From a virus (taxonomy: Duplodnaviria; Caudoviricetes): a stretch of DNA of 47,586 bases. Location of the stretch: positions 1 through 47,586 of IMG/VR virus record IMGVR_UViG_3300048575_000449. One strand, given 5' to 3'. Positions 26,411 through 36,900 of the stretch are shown one piece after another. Below the pieces are notes generated by a model. That model ran no database searches, was not told where the DNA came from, and saw nothing but the letters and a program-made list of their open reading frames with translations. The translations under genes and the position numbers were made by a program. Numbering within the stretch: the first letter of the stretch is position 1; each line of letters starts with the position of its first letter.

Positions 26411-27895
26411 GTGGTCGTTTCGCTGAAAGCTTTCCGGCGCCGGGTCGGGGCGTTCATCGGCGGGTTCGAGGCAGGGCTTGCGAACCGGCGATTGAAAGGC
26501 TTCCAGCCGACCCGGGCGCATCTCAATACGTTGATTGCGGCGGCTGGTCCCGACATCACCGCGCGCGCCCGCTGGCTCATTCGCAACAACGGCTATGCCG
26601 CGAACGCGATCGAGAGCTGGGCCGGCAATGTGGTCGGCGCCGGCATCAAACCGTCGTCCCTGATCAAGGACGCTGGCTTGAAAGCAGCGGTCCAGGAGCT
26701 CTGGCTCGGCTGGACCGACGAAGCCGATGCCGAGGGTTTCACGGACTTCTACGGCCTGCAACGACGTGCCGCGCGCGAGGTGTTTATCGCAGGCGAGGTG
26801 TTCTTCCGGTTCCGGCCGCGCCGGCCGCAGGATGGCCTCACGGTGCCGCTTCAGCTGCAGATGATCCCCTCGGAGATGCTGCCGCTTAATCGAAACGAGA
26901 TCATGCCCGGCGGCAATGTCATCCGCCAAGGCATCGAATTCGATGCGATCGGCCGGCGCGTCGCCTACCACTTCCTGCGGCGGCACCCGGGTGACATCAC
27001 GGATCCCGGGCTCGCTGGCGATATTGTCCGGGTGCCTGCGTTCGAGACCGTGCACGTCATCGATCCGGTCGATGCAGGACAGTTGCGCGGGGTCTCGCGC
27101 TTTGCGTCAGGTATCGTGAAGCTGTTCCTGCTCGACCAGTACGACGACGCCGAGCTCGACCGCAAGAAGGTCGCGGCGATGCACGCGCTCTTCATCACGA
27201 CGCCAGCCCCGGCAGAACCGCTCGATGCCGCGGAGGGACGCGACGAGAACGACGAACGCACGATCGACCTGCAGCCCGGCCAGATCACCATGCTGGAGCC
27301 CGGTGAGGAGGTGCAAACGTCGGCCCCGGCGGACGTGGGCCAGACCTACGAGCCGTTCCAGTACCGCACCCTGCTGCAGGTGTCGGCCGCGCTCGGCGTC
27401 CCCTATGCGTATCTGTCGAACGACATGCTCAAGGCGAATTACTCGAACTCGCGCCTGGCGCTGCTCGAATTCCGCCGCCGCATCGAGGCCTATCAGCATG
27501 CGGTGATCGTCTGGCAGCTCTGCCGCCAGGTGTGGGCGCGGTGGATGGATACTGCGGTGCTGGCGGGCGCGCTGGCATTCCCCGATTATGACCAGCGTCG
27601 GCGGGAGTACTTTGCTTGCGGATGGCTCCCGCCGAAGTGGGACTGGGTTGATCCGCTCAAGGACGCCCGCGCCGAAATCGAGCAGATTGACGCCGGGCTC
27701 AAGAGCCGCACGCAGGCGCTCGCCGAGCGCGGATACGACGCCGAACAGGTCGATGCCGAGATCGCCGCCGACAAGGCGCGGGAGAAATCGCTCGGTCTGA
27801 CCTTCGGATCGGCCGCACCCCTGGATGCGGCGCAAGCGTCAAGCGATCCCGGCACAACAGGCGACGCCGAAGCGCTGCCTGAACCGGCTCAATAG
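26411..27895 (+). CDS. Portal protein, lambda family
   Basis: RARWLIRNNGYA, FYGLQ, GQLRGVS, ANYSNSR, WDWVDPLKD. Confidence 0.95.
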   Translation: MVVSLKAFRRRVGAFIGGFEAGLANRRLKGFQPTRAHLNTLIAAAGPDITARARWLIRNNGYAANAIESWAGNVVGAGIKPSSLIKDAGLKAAVQELWLGWTDEADAEGFTDFYGLQRRAAREVFIAGEVFFRFRPRRPQDGLTVPLQLQMIPSEMLPLNRNEIMPGGNVIRQGIEFDAIGRRVAYHFLRRHPGDITDPGLAGDIVRVPAFETVHVIDPVDAGQLRGVSRFASGIVKLFLLDQYDDAELDRKKVAAMHALFITTPAPAEPLDAAEGRDENDERTIDLQPGQITMLEPGEEVQTSAPADVGQTYEPFQYRTLLQVSAALGVPYAYLSNDMLKANYSNSRLALLEFRRRIEAYQHAVIVWQLCRQVWARWMDTAVLAGALAFPDYDQRRREYFACGWLPPKWDWVDPLKDARAEIEQIDAGLKSRTQALAERGYDAEQVDAEIAADKAREKSLGLTFGSAAPLDAAQASSDPGTTGDAEALPEPAQ

Positions 27896-27908
27896 CGGTA
27901 CGCCCCAT

Positions 27909-29219
27909 ATGATTGACCTGCCCCACGTCGCGTCCCGCGTGTTCGGGGCGCCGCTGATGATCGCGCGAGCGAAGCTCGAGGTGATCCTCGGCGTGCTCGT
28001 ACCGCGCCTCGCCGGCAGCACATCGGAACCAATCGATCCGGAAGCTGATCCGGCGCCGCAAACCTCGATCACCGTCGAGAGAATCGCTGTGGTGTCGGTG
28101 ATCGGCACGCTGGTCAGTCGCTCGGGCTATCTCGCCGCCGCCAGCGGGCTCGTTTCATACTCCGATATCGGCGATGCGATTGCGGCCGCGATGGACGATC
28201 CGTCCGTGCGCGGCGTCATCCTCGACGTCGACTCGCCCGGCGGCGAGGTCGGCGGTCTGTTCGACCTGGTCGAGCAGATACGCGCGATCAAGGCCGGCAA
28301 CGGCAAGCCGCTGTGGGCGGTAGCAAACGAGAGCGCGCTGTCCGCGGGCTATGCGGTGGCGAGTGCCGCGGACCGTATTTACGTGACGCGCACCGGCGAG
28401 GCCGGCTCCATCGGCGTCGTCGCGGTCCACGTCGATGAGAGTGAAGCGGATGCAAAAGCAGGCCTCGCCTGGACGTTCGTGTTCGCAGGCGAGCGCAAGG
28501 TCGACGCCAATGGCCACGAGCCGCTCTCCGAGCGTGCCCGCGCCACGATCCAGGCCGACGTCGATCGTCTTTATGCGGAATTGTGCGGGCTCGTCGCCGG
28601 CAATCGTGGCCTGACCGTCGAGGCCGTGCGCGCGACGGACGCTGCGATCTATCGCGGCGAGCTCGCGATCCGTGCCGGCCTGGCCGACCGCGTGGGGACG
28701 CTCGATCTCTCCATCGCCGAGATGGTTGCCGAACTCGACCGCACGGCATCCACCGCACGCAATATCGTCAACCCGACCCCGAAGAGGAGCCCGTCCATGG
28801 CGACGACCGAGACCGAACGGATTCAACACGATGCGACCGAGCCGCAGCTACCGCTCGCCTCGCAAGCAGCGCCGCAGGCTCCAAACCCCGAACCGACTCC
28901 CCCTCCGACCCAAGTGTCTGCACCGGGGCCTGCAGCCGATCCGGCGCCAGCAGCCGCTTCGGCGGACAAGCTGCGTGCGGAATTCGCCGAGATCGCAGCG
29001 CTCGCGGCTCAAGCCGCCCGGCTCGGCGTGACGGTCGATGCTGCGGACGCCATCGCCAAGGGCATCTCGACTGATGCGCTTCGCCGCTCCGTGCTCGATG
29101 CGCTCGCCGCGCGCGCCGAGGCGACGAGTGTCATTGCGGCAGCCCCATCCACGCCCGTCGCGGGCGACAGCCCGATCGTGCGGCGCGCAAAGGAACGCGC
29201 CGCGGCGGCGCGCGCCTGA
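27909..29219 (+). CDS. S49-family head maturation protease with a C-terminal scaffold region (lambda gpC/Nu3-like)
   Basis: LDVDSPGGEV, ALSAGYAVAS, GSIGVV; Pro/Ala-rich C-terminus with an in-frame ATG at 28797 preceded by GAGGAG. Confidence 0.9.
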   Translation: MIDLPHVASRVFGAPLMIARAKLEVILGVLVPRLAGSTSEPIDPEADPAPQTSITVERIAVVSVIGTLVSRSGYLAAASGLVSYSDIGDAIAAAMDDPSVRGVILDVDSPGGEVGGLFDLVEQIRAIKAGNGKPLWAVANESALSAGYAVASAADRIYVTRTGEAGSIGVVAVHVDESEADAKAGLAWTFVFAGERKVDANGHEPLSERARATIQADVDRLYAELCGLVAGNRGLTVEAVRATDAAIYRGELAIRAGLADRVGTLDLSIAEMVAELDRTASTARNIVNPTPKRSPSMATTETERIQHDATEPQLPLASQAAPQAPNPEPTPPPTQVSAPGPAADPAPAAASADKLRAEFAEIAALAAQAARLGVTVDAADAIAKGISTDALRRSVLDALAARAEATSVIAAAPSTPVAGDSPIVRRAKERAAAARA

Positions 29220-29238
29220 TCATTGAGGAGCACCAGAC

Positions 29239-29628
29239 ATGACCACTCTCACGAAATCGCCAACGCTCGGCGACTTGCTCAAGTACGAGCTCAACGGCAA
29301 CTACAACCGCGAGACCGTGACGCTGAAGTCCGGCACGAACTATCCGCTCGGCTCCGTGCTCGGCAAGATCACCGCCTCCGGCAAGTATCGCCTGTCGCCG
29401 GCAGCCGAAGTTGCCGGCGACGAAGGCGCCGAGGTTGCCGTTGCGGTGCTGATCGAGGCGATAGACGCAACTGCCGCCGACAAGGCCGGGCTCGTGGCCG
29501 CGCGTGGCCCGGCGGTCCTGTCCAAGGCAGCGCTTGTGTTTGATGCATCGGTCGACGACGCGACCAAGACGGCAGCCAAGTACGCTGAGCTGTCTGCAGC
29601 GGGGCTCGTCCCGCGCGACACCGCCTGA
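29239..29628 (+). CDS. Head decoration protein (gpD-like)
   Basis: RETVTLKSG..YPLGSVLGKITASGKY; located between protease and capsid genes; GAGGAG SD. Confidence 0.85.
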   Translation: MTTLTKSPTLGDLLKYELNGNYNRETVTLKSGTNYPLGSVLGKITASGKYRLSPAAEVAGDEGAEVAVAVLIEAIDATAADKAGLVAARGPAVLSKAALVFDASVDDATKTAAKYAELSAAGLVPRDTA

Positions 29629-29680
29629 TCCTGACCCTTCCGGTCACCCACCGCCGCTCTCACCACCACCATCATCACCG

Positions 29681-29707
29681 GGCCTCGACGGCAAAACCGT
29701 CGGGGCC
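29681..29707 (+). other. Intergenic stem-loop between the decoration and capsid genes
   Basis: GGCCTCGACGG-CAAAA-CCGTCGGGGCC. Confidence 0.5.
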
Positions 29708-29731
29708 TTCAGCTTTCAAGGACCTCATTCC

Positions 29732-30754
29732 ATGGCACCCATGATCAATCCGTTCGACGCGGGCGGCTACACGCTCGCCGAGATGACCACAGCCATCAAC
29801 ATCCTGCCCAACATCTACACCCGGCTCGGCGAGATGGGCCTATTCCGCTTCGAGGGCGTGACCCAGCGCAGCGTCATCATCGAGCAGGCCGAGGGCGTGC
29901 TCAACCTGCTGCCGACCGTACCGCTCGGTGGGCCGGCAACGGTCGCCAACCGCGACACGCGTTCGATGCGGTCGTTCACGGTACCGTGGATTCCTCATGA
30001 CGACGTGATCACGCCGCAGGATATCCAGGGCGTACGTGGGTTCGGCGTGGCGGACGCCGCCGATCCGCTCGCCACCGTCATGGAGCGCAAGATCACCCGC
30101 ATGCGGGCCAAGCACGCACAGACCCGGGAATACATGGAGATCAACGCGCTCCGCGGTATCGTCAAGGATGGCGCAGGCGTCGCGCTCTACGACTATTTCG
30201 ACGAGTTCGGTCTCGCCCAGCAGTCGGTCGACTTCGTGCTGGGGACCGCCGGCACCAATATCCAGGCCAAGTGCCGCGAGGTCCTGCGCAACGTCGAGAC
30301 CGAACTCAAGGGCGAGACCATGAACGGCGTCCTCGCGCTGGTCAGCCCGGGCTTCTTCGACAAGCTGATCGGCCACGCCAAGGTCGAGGACGCGTACAAA
30401 TACTTCTCCTCGACCGGCGCCCAACCGCTGCGTGAGGACACCCGCCGGCGCTTTCCCTTCTCCGGCATCGTGTTCGAGGAATACAACGCCACAGTCACGC
30501 TTTCGACGGGTGCCACGGAAACGCTGATCCCGGCGAACGAGGGCATCGCGTTCCCGCTCGGCACGATGGATACCTTCGTGACCTACGGGGCGCCGGCAAA
30601 CCTGATCGAAACCGTCAACACCATGGGGCTGCCGATCTATGCCCGGCAGATTGCACGTCCCGACGGCAGCGCGATCGACGTGAAGACCGAGGCCTCGCCG
30701 CTGCCTGTGAACAAGCGGCCGCGGCTTGCGGTCAAGATTCTTACCAGCAACTGA
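29732..30754 (+). CDS. Major capsid protein, lambda gpE family
   Basis: MTTAINILPN, PWIPHDDVITPQDIQGVR, TREYMEINALRG, EASPLPVNKRP; AAGGA SD. Confidence 0.92.
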   Translation: MAPMINPFDAGGYTLAEMTTAINILPNIYTRLGEMGLFRFEGVTQRSVIIEQAEGVLNLLPTVPLGGPATVANRDTRSMRSFTVPWIPHDDVITPQDIQGVRGFGVADAADPLATVMERKITRMRAKHAQTREYMEINALRGIVKDGAGVALYDYFDEFGLAQQSVDFVLGTAGTNIQAKCREVLRNVETELKGETMNGVLALVSPGFFDKLIGHAKVEDAYKYFSSTGAQPLREDTRRRFPFSGIVFEEYNATVTLSTGATETLIPANEGIAFPLGTMDTFVTYGAPANLIETVNTMGLPIYARQIARPDGSAIDVKTEASPLPVNKRPRLAVKILTSN

Positions 30755-30759
30755 GTCCT

Positions 30760-31080
30760 GTGGTGGACGCATTTGCCGCGGCGACCGAGACGCTGTTCGG
30801 CGACCCGAACATCGCCCGCAGCGCGCTCTGGCGCACGGGTGGTGTGGGGGCGGGCCTCGCAGTGCGTGTCATCGCCAAACGGCCGGATCAGGTGGTCGGC
30901 TTCGGCGACAGCCGGGCGGTCCTGCCGGCAGTGCTGATCGACGTGCGCCGATCAGAAGTTCCGGATCCGGCAATTGGCGACACGGTCGAGATCGACGGTG
31001 ACCTGTTCGAACTCATCGCGACGCCGGTCGCCGACAGCTTGCGCCTGGTCTGGACCTGCGAAGCCGCACTGAGGCCGTGA
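30760..31080 (+). CDS. Head-tail joining/closure protein
   Basis: 106 aa, beta-rich (P..GDTVEIDGDLF); position after the capsid gene. Confidence 0.7.
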   Translation: MVDAFAAATETLFGDPNIARSALWRTGGVGAGLAVRVIAKRPDQVVGFGDSRAVLPAVLIDVRRSEVPDPAIGDTVEIDGDLFELIATPVADSLRLVWTCEAALRP

Positions 31081-31084
31081 GCCC

Positions 31085-31741
31085 ATGCGCTTCACCTTGA
31101 AGACGGATGACATCGCCAAGGGGCTCGCCGGCACCGAGGCGCAGATGGCGCGGTCCGTCACCGGCGCCATGCGCGAGGTGACCGAGGGCCTCAAAGCCGA
31201 TCTGCGCGCCGATGTCGTCGGGGCAAACCTCGGGCAGCGCCTCGCCAATAGCTGGCGCGGCAAGACCTACCCGCAGGCCGGCGTCAGCCTCGAAGCCGCA
31301 GCCTTCGTCTGGTCGAAAGCGCCCAACATCGTCGATGCCTTCGATCGCGGCGTGACGATCCGGTCGAGGAGCGGATTCTGGCTTGCGATCCCAACGCCGG
31401 CTGCGGGTGCGACGGGTCTGAGCGCGACCGGTGCGCGCAAGCGCATCACGCCGGGCGGCTGGGAGCGGCGCACCGGCATGCGGCTGCGCTTTGTCTACCG
31501 CCGCGGACAGCCGTCGCTGCTCGTCGCCGACAATGCGCGGTTGAGCAAGAAGGGCTTGGCCCGCTCGAACATCGGCCGTCGCCGTGGTGGCGGTCCTTAT
31601 ACCCGTCTCGCCGGCCGCTCGACGGTGGTCGTCTTCATCATGGTCCCGCAGATCACGCTCAACAAGCGCCTCGATATCGAGGCCATGGCGCGGCGCTGGG
31701 GCGACCGCGTCGGTGGGATCATCGCACGGCATTGGAGGTGA
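31085..31741 (+). CDS. DUF6441-like neck/tail completion protein
   Basis: Basic 218-aa protein (LGQRLANSWR, GFWLAIPT); synteny. Confidence 0.7.
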   Translation: MRFTLKTDDIAKGLAGTEAQMARSVTGAMREVTEGLKADLRADVVGANLGQRLANSWRGKTYPQAGVSLEAAAFVWSKAPNIVDAFDRGVTIRSRSGFWLAIPTPAAGATGLSATGARKRITPGGWERRTGMRLRFVYRRGQPSLLVADNARLSKKGLARSNIGRRRGGGPYTRLAGRSTVVVFIMVPQITLNKRLDIEAMARRWGDRVGGIIARHWR

Positions 31742-31743
31742 GC

Positions 31744-31827
31744 GTGCATCACGGACGGTTCGCGGTCCTCATGACTCTCCTGTCGTTCGCCTTCATTGCA
31801 GCCGTGCTGGTGGTGACCGCGCCGTGA
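31744..31827 (+). CDS. 27-aa hydrophobic micropeptide (not in the ORF track)
   Basis: GGAGG SD at 31734, GTG start, MHHGRFAVLMTLLSFAFIAAVLVVTAP*, GTGA overlap with the next gene. Confidence 0.55.
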   Translation: MHHGRFAVLMTLLSFAFIAAVLVVTAP

Positions 31828-32255
31828 GCAGCAAGCGCGAACAGGTGCTTGACGCGGTTGTTGCCTTGATCACCGCGGCGGTGCCGGAGGCCAAGGTCGA
31901 GCGTAACTTGGCGAAGCCCGAACGCATCCCATCCGGCGGCCTCGTGATCATTCGCGATGGCGATCCCGGCGAGCCCGAGGTCACGCTGTCGCCCCTGACC
32001 TATGTCTTCAGCCATCGCATCCCGATCGAGGTCGCGGTGCATCAAACGAGCGACCCGCGCGAACAAGAACTCGATGCAGTCCTCGGCCGGATTGGACTGG
32101 AGGTCGCTGCCAATCGCACGCTCTGGGGACTGTGCGATTTCTTGGAGGCGGAAGCGCCGGCCACGGCCGATGTCGAAACGGCCGGCGCGCTCCCCGGCCG
32201 CTGGGCCGATGTCACGATCGTCGCGGTCTACGGCACGCCCGATCCCCTGAACTGA
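31824..32255 (+). CDS. Tail terminator-like protein
   Basis: 143 aa from VSSKREQVL; immediately upstream of the tail tube gene. Confidence 0.7.
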   Translation: MSSKREQVLDAVVALITAAVPEAKVERNLAKPERIPSGGLVIIRDGDPGEPEVTLSPLTYVFSHRIPIEVAVHQTSDPREQELDAVLGRIGLEVAANRTLWGLCDFLEAEAPATADVETAGALPGRWADVTIVAVYGTPDPLN

Positions 32256-32280
32256 ATTCCATCAAACTTGGGAGAGTCCC

Positions 32281-33222
32281 ATGGCACGTGCACGCGGCGC
32301 CAATGCCGTCATGGCTGCGGCGTTCGAGTCCACCTACGGCACCGCACCCGGATCGGGATACAAGAAGCTGCCGTTCGTCTCCTCCGAGCTCGGCGACGAG
32401 CAGAACCTGATCGCCAGCGACCTTCTCGGCTACGGCCGCGAGCCGCTGCCGCCGAGCCGCGACGTGGTCAACAACGAGGGTGATATCGTCGTCCCCGTCG
32501 ATCTGCGCAACTTCGGCTATTGGCTCAAGCTCTTGATGGGCGCGCCGACCTCGGTCGAGGACACCGGCGTCTACACCCACACTTTCGTCTCGGGCGCGTT
32601 GACGCTGCCATCGATGGCGATCGAGGTCGGCATGCCGGAGGTCCCGAGCTACGGCATGAACGTCGGCGTGCGCGCCAACGCCATGAAAATCCAGCTGCAG
32701 CGCTCGGGGCTTCTCAACGCCACCATGAGCCTGATCGCGCAGGGTGAGACCAAGGCAACATCATCGGGTGCCGGCACGCCGAGCGAGGCGGCGATCGAGC
32801 GCTTCTCGCAGTTCATGGGCGAGATCAAGCGCGACGGCACGGCGCTTGGCCATATCGTCTCGGCCGAACTCATGTATTCGAACAACCTCGACAAGGTGGA
32901 GGTGATCCGGCCGGACGGCCGGATCGAGGATGCCGACCCGGCGATGGTCGGCGTCACCGGCAACGTCACCATCCGGTTCGCCGACACCGTGCTGCTCGAC
33001 CAGGCGACCTCGGGCGATCCGTGCGAGCTGTCGTTCGGCTGGCGGATCGACGACGACAGGTTGCTGCTGTTCACCGTGCACAGCGCGTTCCTGCCCAAGC
33101 CGAAGACCCCGATCCAGGGGCCGGGCGGCATTCAGGCGGCGTTCGCCTGGCAGGCCGCCAAGGACTTAAGCCTCGGCAAGACCTGCACCGCCGTGCTGAT
33201 CAACGACGTGGCGGCGTATTGA
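32281..33222 (+). CDS. Tail tube (major tail) protein
   Basis: FESTYGTAP, YTHTFVSG..LPSMAIEVG, PIQGPGGIQAAFAWQA. Confidence 0.85.
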   Translation: MARARGANAVMAAAFESTYGTAPGSGYKKLPFVSSELGDEQNLIASDLLGYGREPLPPSRDVVNNEGDIVVPVDLRNFGYWLKLLMGAPTSVEDTGVYTHTFVSGALTLPSMAIEVGMPEVPSYGMNVGVRANAMKIQLQRSGLLNATMSLIAQGETKATSSGAGTPSEAAIERFSQFMGEIKRDGTALGHIVSAELMYSNNLDKVEVIRPDGRIEDADPAMVGVTGNVTIRFADTVLLDQATSGDPCELSFGWRIDDDRLLLFTVHSAFLPKPKTPIQGPGGIQAAFAWQAAKDLSLGKTCTAVLINDVAAY

Positions 33223-33239
33223 CGACTGGAGTCCCACCC

Positions 33240-33650
33240 ATGACCAAACTGAAATCGAAGCCACCTGCCGGCGGCGCTTCTCGTCCGGAGGCTCCCATGC
33301 TCAAGCTTGCCTTCGACCGCGAGCCGTTCTGGCTCGATTTGCTTTCCGGGGTCCGTGCCCAGTTCCGGCCGGTGACGGTCACGGCGATCCTGCTGGCGCG
33401 CACTGCCGCAGCCGACGTGCTGCGCGCGGGCGGCGAGGATGCTGCGGTCAAGGCCGGCGTTGCCTTCACCCGCTCGCTCGCCCATTCCGGCATTGCCGCC
33501 TGGGAAGGCATCGGGGACAAGGACGGCCATCCGGTCGAGCCGACGCACGACACGATCGATGCCGCGCTCGAACTGTGGCCGCTGTTCGACTCCATCGACC
33601 GGCTCTATGTCGCCCCGGCGCTGCTCCAGGACGTCGAAAAAAACGTCTGA
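33240..33650 (+). CDS. Tail assembly chaperone (gpG-like)
   Basis: Between tube and tape measure; ends GAA AAA AAC GTC TGA; alternative start at 33297. Confidence 0.8.
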   Translation: MTKLKSKPPAGGASRPEAPMLKLAFDREPFWLDLLSGVRAQFRPVTVTAILLARTAAADVLRAGGEDAAVKAGVAFTRSLAHSGIAAWEGIGDKDGHPVEPTHDTIDAALELWPLFDSIDRLYVAPALLQDVEKNV

Positions 33651-33952
33651 TCGCCCTCGCCGAGTGGCACTTCGGCGGGGGCGAGGGTTATTGCGCCGCG
33701 TGTCCTTCGGCCTGTTCCGCCTGCCCGTATCGCGAACACGCTCCGACCACGCCGGACGGCGTTGCCGCCTGGGGCGTGCTCAAGCGCGCCGCAGGCCAGG
33801 TGCGCGCCGCGATGGGCGGCGTTTACGGCCTCGACTTTGGCGCCGTGCTGCTGCTCGCCGACGCCATGGGCGCGCTCAACACGCTGCTGATCGAGGTGCT
33901 CCCCGAGATCGAGCCGATCGTCGTGCGCGCCTATGCACGCGATATCGGCTGA
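33638..33952 (+). CDS. -1 frameshift extension of the tail chaperone (gpT-like)
   Basis: Slippery heptamer A AAA AAC at 33638-33644; the -1 frame is open to 33952 (RLIALAEWHFGGGEGYCAAC...). Confidence 0.75.
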   Translation, partial: KKRLIALAEWHFGGGEGYCAACPSACSACPYREHAPTTPDGVAAWGVLKRAAGQVRAAMGGVYGLDFGAVLLLADAMGALNTLLIEVLPEIEPIVVRAYARDIG

Positions 33953-33986
33953 ATGAGCGCCACCCGAATCTGAGCGGCAGCGAAGA

Positions 33987-36900
33987 ATGGCGACCACCAA
34001 CGTCTCGATCCGCCTCGGCCTCGAGGGCCAGGCGCAGGTCAAGCGCGCCTTCGACGAGGTCGGCAAGGCTGGGCAGGATTCGTTCCGCGGCGTCGGCACT
34101 GCGATGGATGCAGCCGGCGCCGCAACCGATCGCGTAACCCAGCGCCTGCAACGGCTCGCCCAGGCGGCGAAGCAGGCCCAGGCGGCCGAAGCCGCGCAGC
34201 GCAACTTCAATGCAGCGCTGGGCGTCGACCGCCCGGCCGCGGGATCCGCGCGAGAGTCCGCCCGGGTGTTCGAGGATACGGCCCGGGCGGCCGAGGACCT
34301 CGAGGCGCGGACCGCGGCGCTGCGCGCGCAGATCGATCCGCTGGGGGACGCCCAGCGGCGCATGAATGCCGAGGTCGCGGAAGCGGACTCGCTGTTCCAG
34401 GCCGGCGCCATCACCCAGAAGGAGCATGGCGACGCGGTCGCGCTCTCGAAGGACCGCTTTGATCTCGCGGCAGGCGCACTCGGCGAGCTCGGACAGAAGT
34501 CGAACCTGACCGGCGGGCAGATCAGGGCGCTGATTTCGACGTTCCGGCTGGCCTCCAGCGCGGCAACCACGGGCGAGGTGCCGCTCGCCAAGCTGACCAT
34601 CCAGACGCTCAAGCTCGGCAAGGCGTTCGGCGCCGATTCCGGGGGGCTCACCGGCATCGTCGGCGGCGTCGGACGCGTGCTGGCCTCGGTGATCACGCCG
34701 GCCGCCGCCGCAACCGGCGCCGTCATTGCCGTCGGCGGAGCCGCCGTCTTCGCCTACGACCGCTGGTCGCGGGCGCAGATTGAGCTCCAAGTCGCTGCCG
34801 CGGGGCTCGGCCGCACCGCCGGCACGACTGCCGACCAGCTCGATCGGATCGCGCGGAGCACGGCCGCGGCGGGCGGGGTCTCGGTCGCGGTCGCGCGCGA
34901 GATGCAGGTCGCGTTCCTGCAGACCGGCAAGATCGGCACCGAGCATTTCGAGGGACTGATCAAGGTCGCCAAGAACTATGCCGCGACCACCGGCACGGAC
35001 GTCAAGGCCGCGACCAAGGAACTCGCGGACGCCTTCACCGATCCGATCAAGGGCGCCGACGATCTCATCCAGAAGCTCAAATTCCTCGACGACCGGACGC
35101 GGCAGTACATCCGCGTGCTCGCCGACCAGAACGACCGCACCGGTGCGCAGCGAGTCCTGCTCGATGCGCTCAAGGCAAGTGTCATCGATGCCGCCGAGGC
35201 GACCACGGCGCTCGGGCGCGCCTGGGACTTTGTCGCCCGCATGGCGTCGAATGCCTATGACGCGCTCGGCCAGGCGGTGTCGCGCGTCATCGACGGCGCA
35301 CCGCTCGACGAACGGCTCAAGCAACTGCGGGAGGAGCGCCAGCGCCTGCAGGCGCTGATCGAGAGTCCTCCGACGCGCCTCGCCCGCCAGGCGCGCGGCT
35401 TCAATACCCGCCTGCTCACCGAGGTCGAGGCCGAGATCGCCCGGATCGAAGCCCGGCTCGACGCTATCGCGGTACGCGCCAAGGAAGCTAAGGCGAACGA
35501 GCAGTCGGTCCGTGCCGGCAGTCTCGCGCGCGAACTCACCCCCGGGTTCGAAGAGCTGCAGACGCTCAAATCGCGACAGGCGCAGTTGCGGGCCGCGCTC
35601 GACGATCCGCTCATTCGTCAGAAGGTCGCCGACCTCAAGCAGGTCGAGACCGCCTATGACGGCGTCGCGCGCGCGGTGCGCACCTGGCTCGATCCGGCCG
35701 AGAAGGCCCGCCGCCTCGACGAACTGGAAATCCAGGCGCTTGCGGCCAAGACTCCCGCCCAGAAGGCGGCGATTGCCGAGGAGCGCCGACGGATCGAGCT
35801 ATCCGGACAGGCGATCCCGGTTGCGCTTGCCGAGGCCGAGGTTACGCGGGCCGGGACCCGGGCGCGCGCCGAGGCAACCCAGGCGCTGATCGACCAGGCG
35901 CGTGTCCTGGACGTGAACACCAAGGCCACGATCGGTGTCGCCGACGCGTGGCTCAAGGGCGCCGCTGCCGCGCAAGTCGCCGAGGCCCGCCGCCGGGCGC
36001 TGACCGAGGCGATCCAGAACGGCGTCGATGTCGAGACCCGGGCGCGCGATCTCTTGCGCGAGCAGATCGCGGAAACTGCCGCGCAGTCGGCGAAGTCCGT
36101 CAACGACCTCGGCGCCGAGGCCGATGCGCAACGGAAGCTCAATGACGCCGTCTTTGCCGGCCGGCTCTCGGTCGAGCAGGCGCAGCGCCAGATGCAGGTC
36201 GAGCAGGCGCTACGCCCGCTCATCATCGCGCAGGCGCTGACCGAGGGCGAGGCCAGGACCACGCTGGCCCGCATCATCGATCACCTGCGCGGCGCCTATG
36301 CGCGTCTGCATGGCGAACAGGCACGCGCCGCGGCGCTGCAGACACTGGAGGGGCAGAACAACCAGATCGAGGTCCTGCAGAAGCAGATCGAGCTGGTCGC
36401 CCAAGGCGAGTCGCAGCGCGCCATCGTTATTGCGCAATTGCAGGCCGAGCAGCAGCTCCGTCAGAAGGGCATCGATCTTGCCGGCGCCGAGGGTCAGGCC
36501 ATCATTGCCAATGCGGCGGCAATCGAGCGGTTGAACCAGTCGCTCGCCCAATCGCAGTCCGCGATGCAGGCGCTGCAGGGCATGACCGACGCGGCGTTCA
36601 ACAGGTTCTCGACGCTGATCGCCGAAGGCAAGACCGACTGGAAGTCCTGGGCCGACGCCGGCCGCGCGGCCATCGCCGACATCGAGAAGGAGATTCTCAA
36701 GCTCGCCGTCCTCAATCCGCTCAAGAACTTCCTGTTCGGGACCAACCTCGGCACGCTCAACAATGTCGGCGGCCTGTTGGGTGGCCTGTTCGGATTCAAA
36801 TTCCACGGCGGCGGCGTGGTCGGCATGGAGGGTACGCCCACCTGGATGCCGGCGCAGGTCTTCCGCAACGCGCCGCGCTTCCATGACGGCGCTTTCCTCA

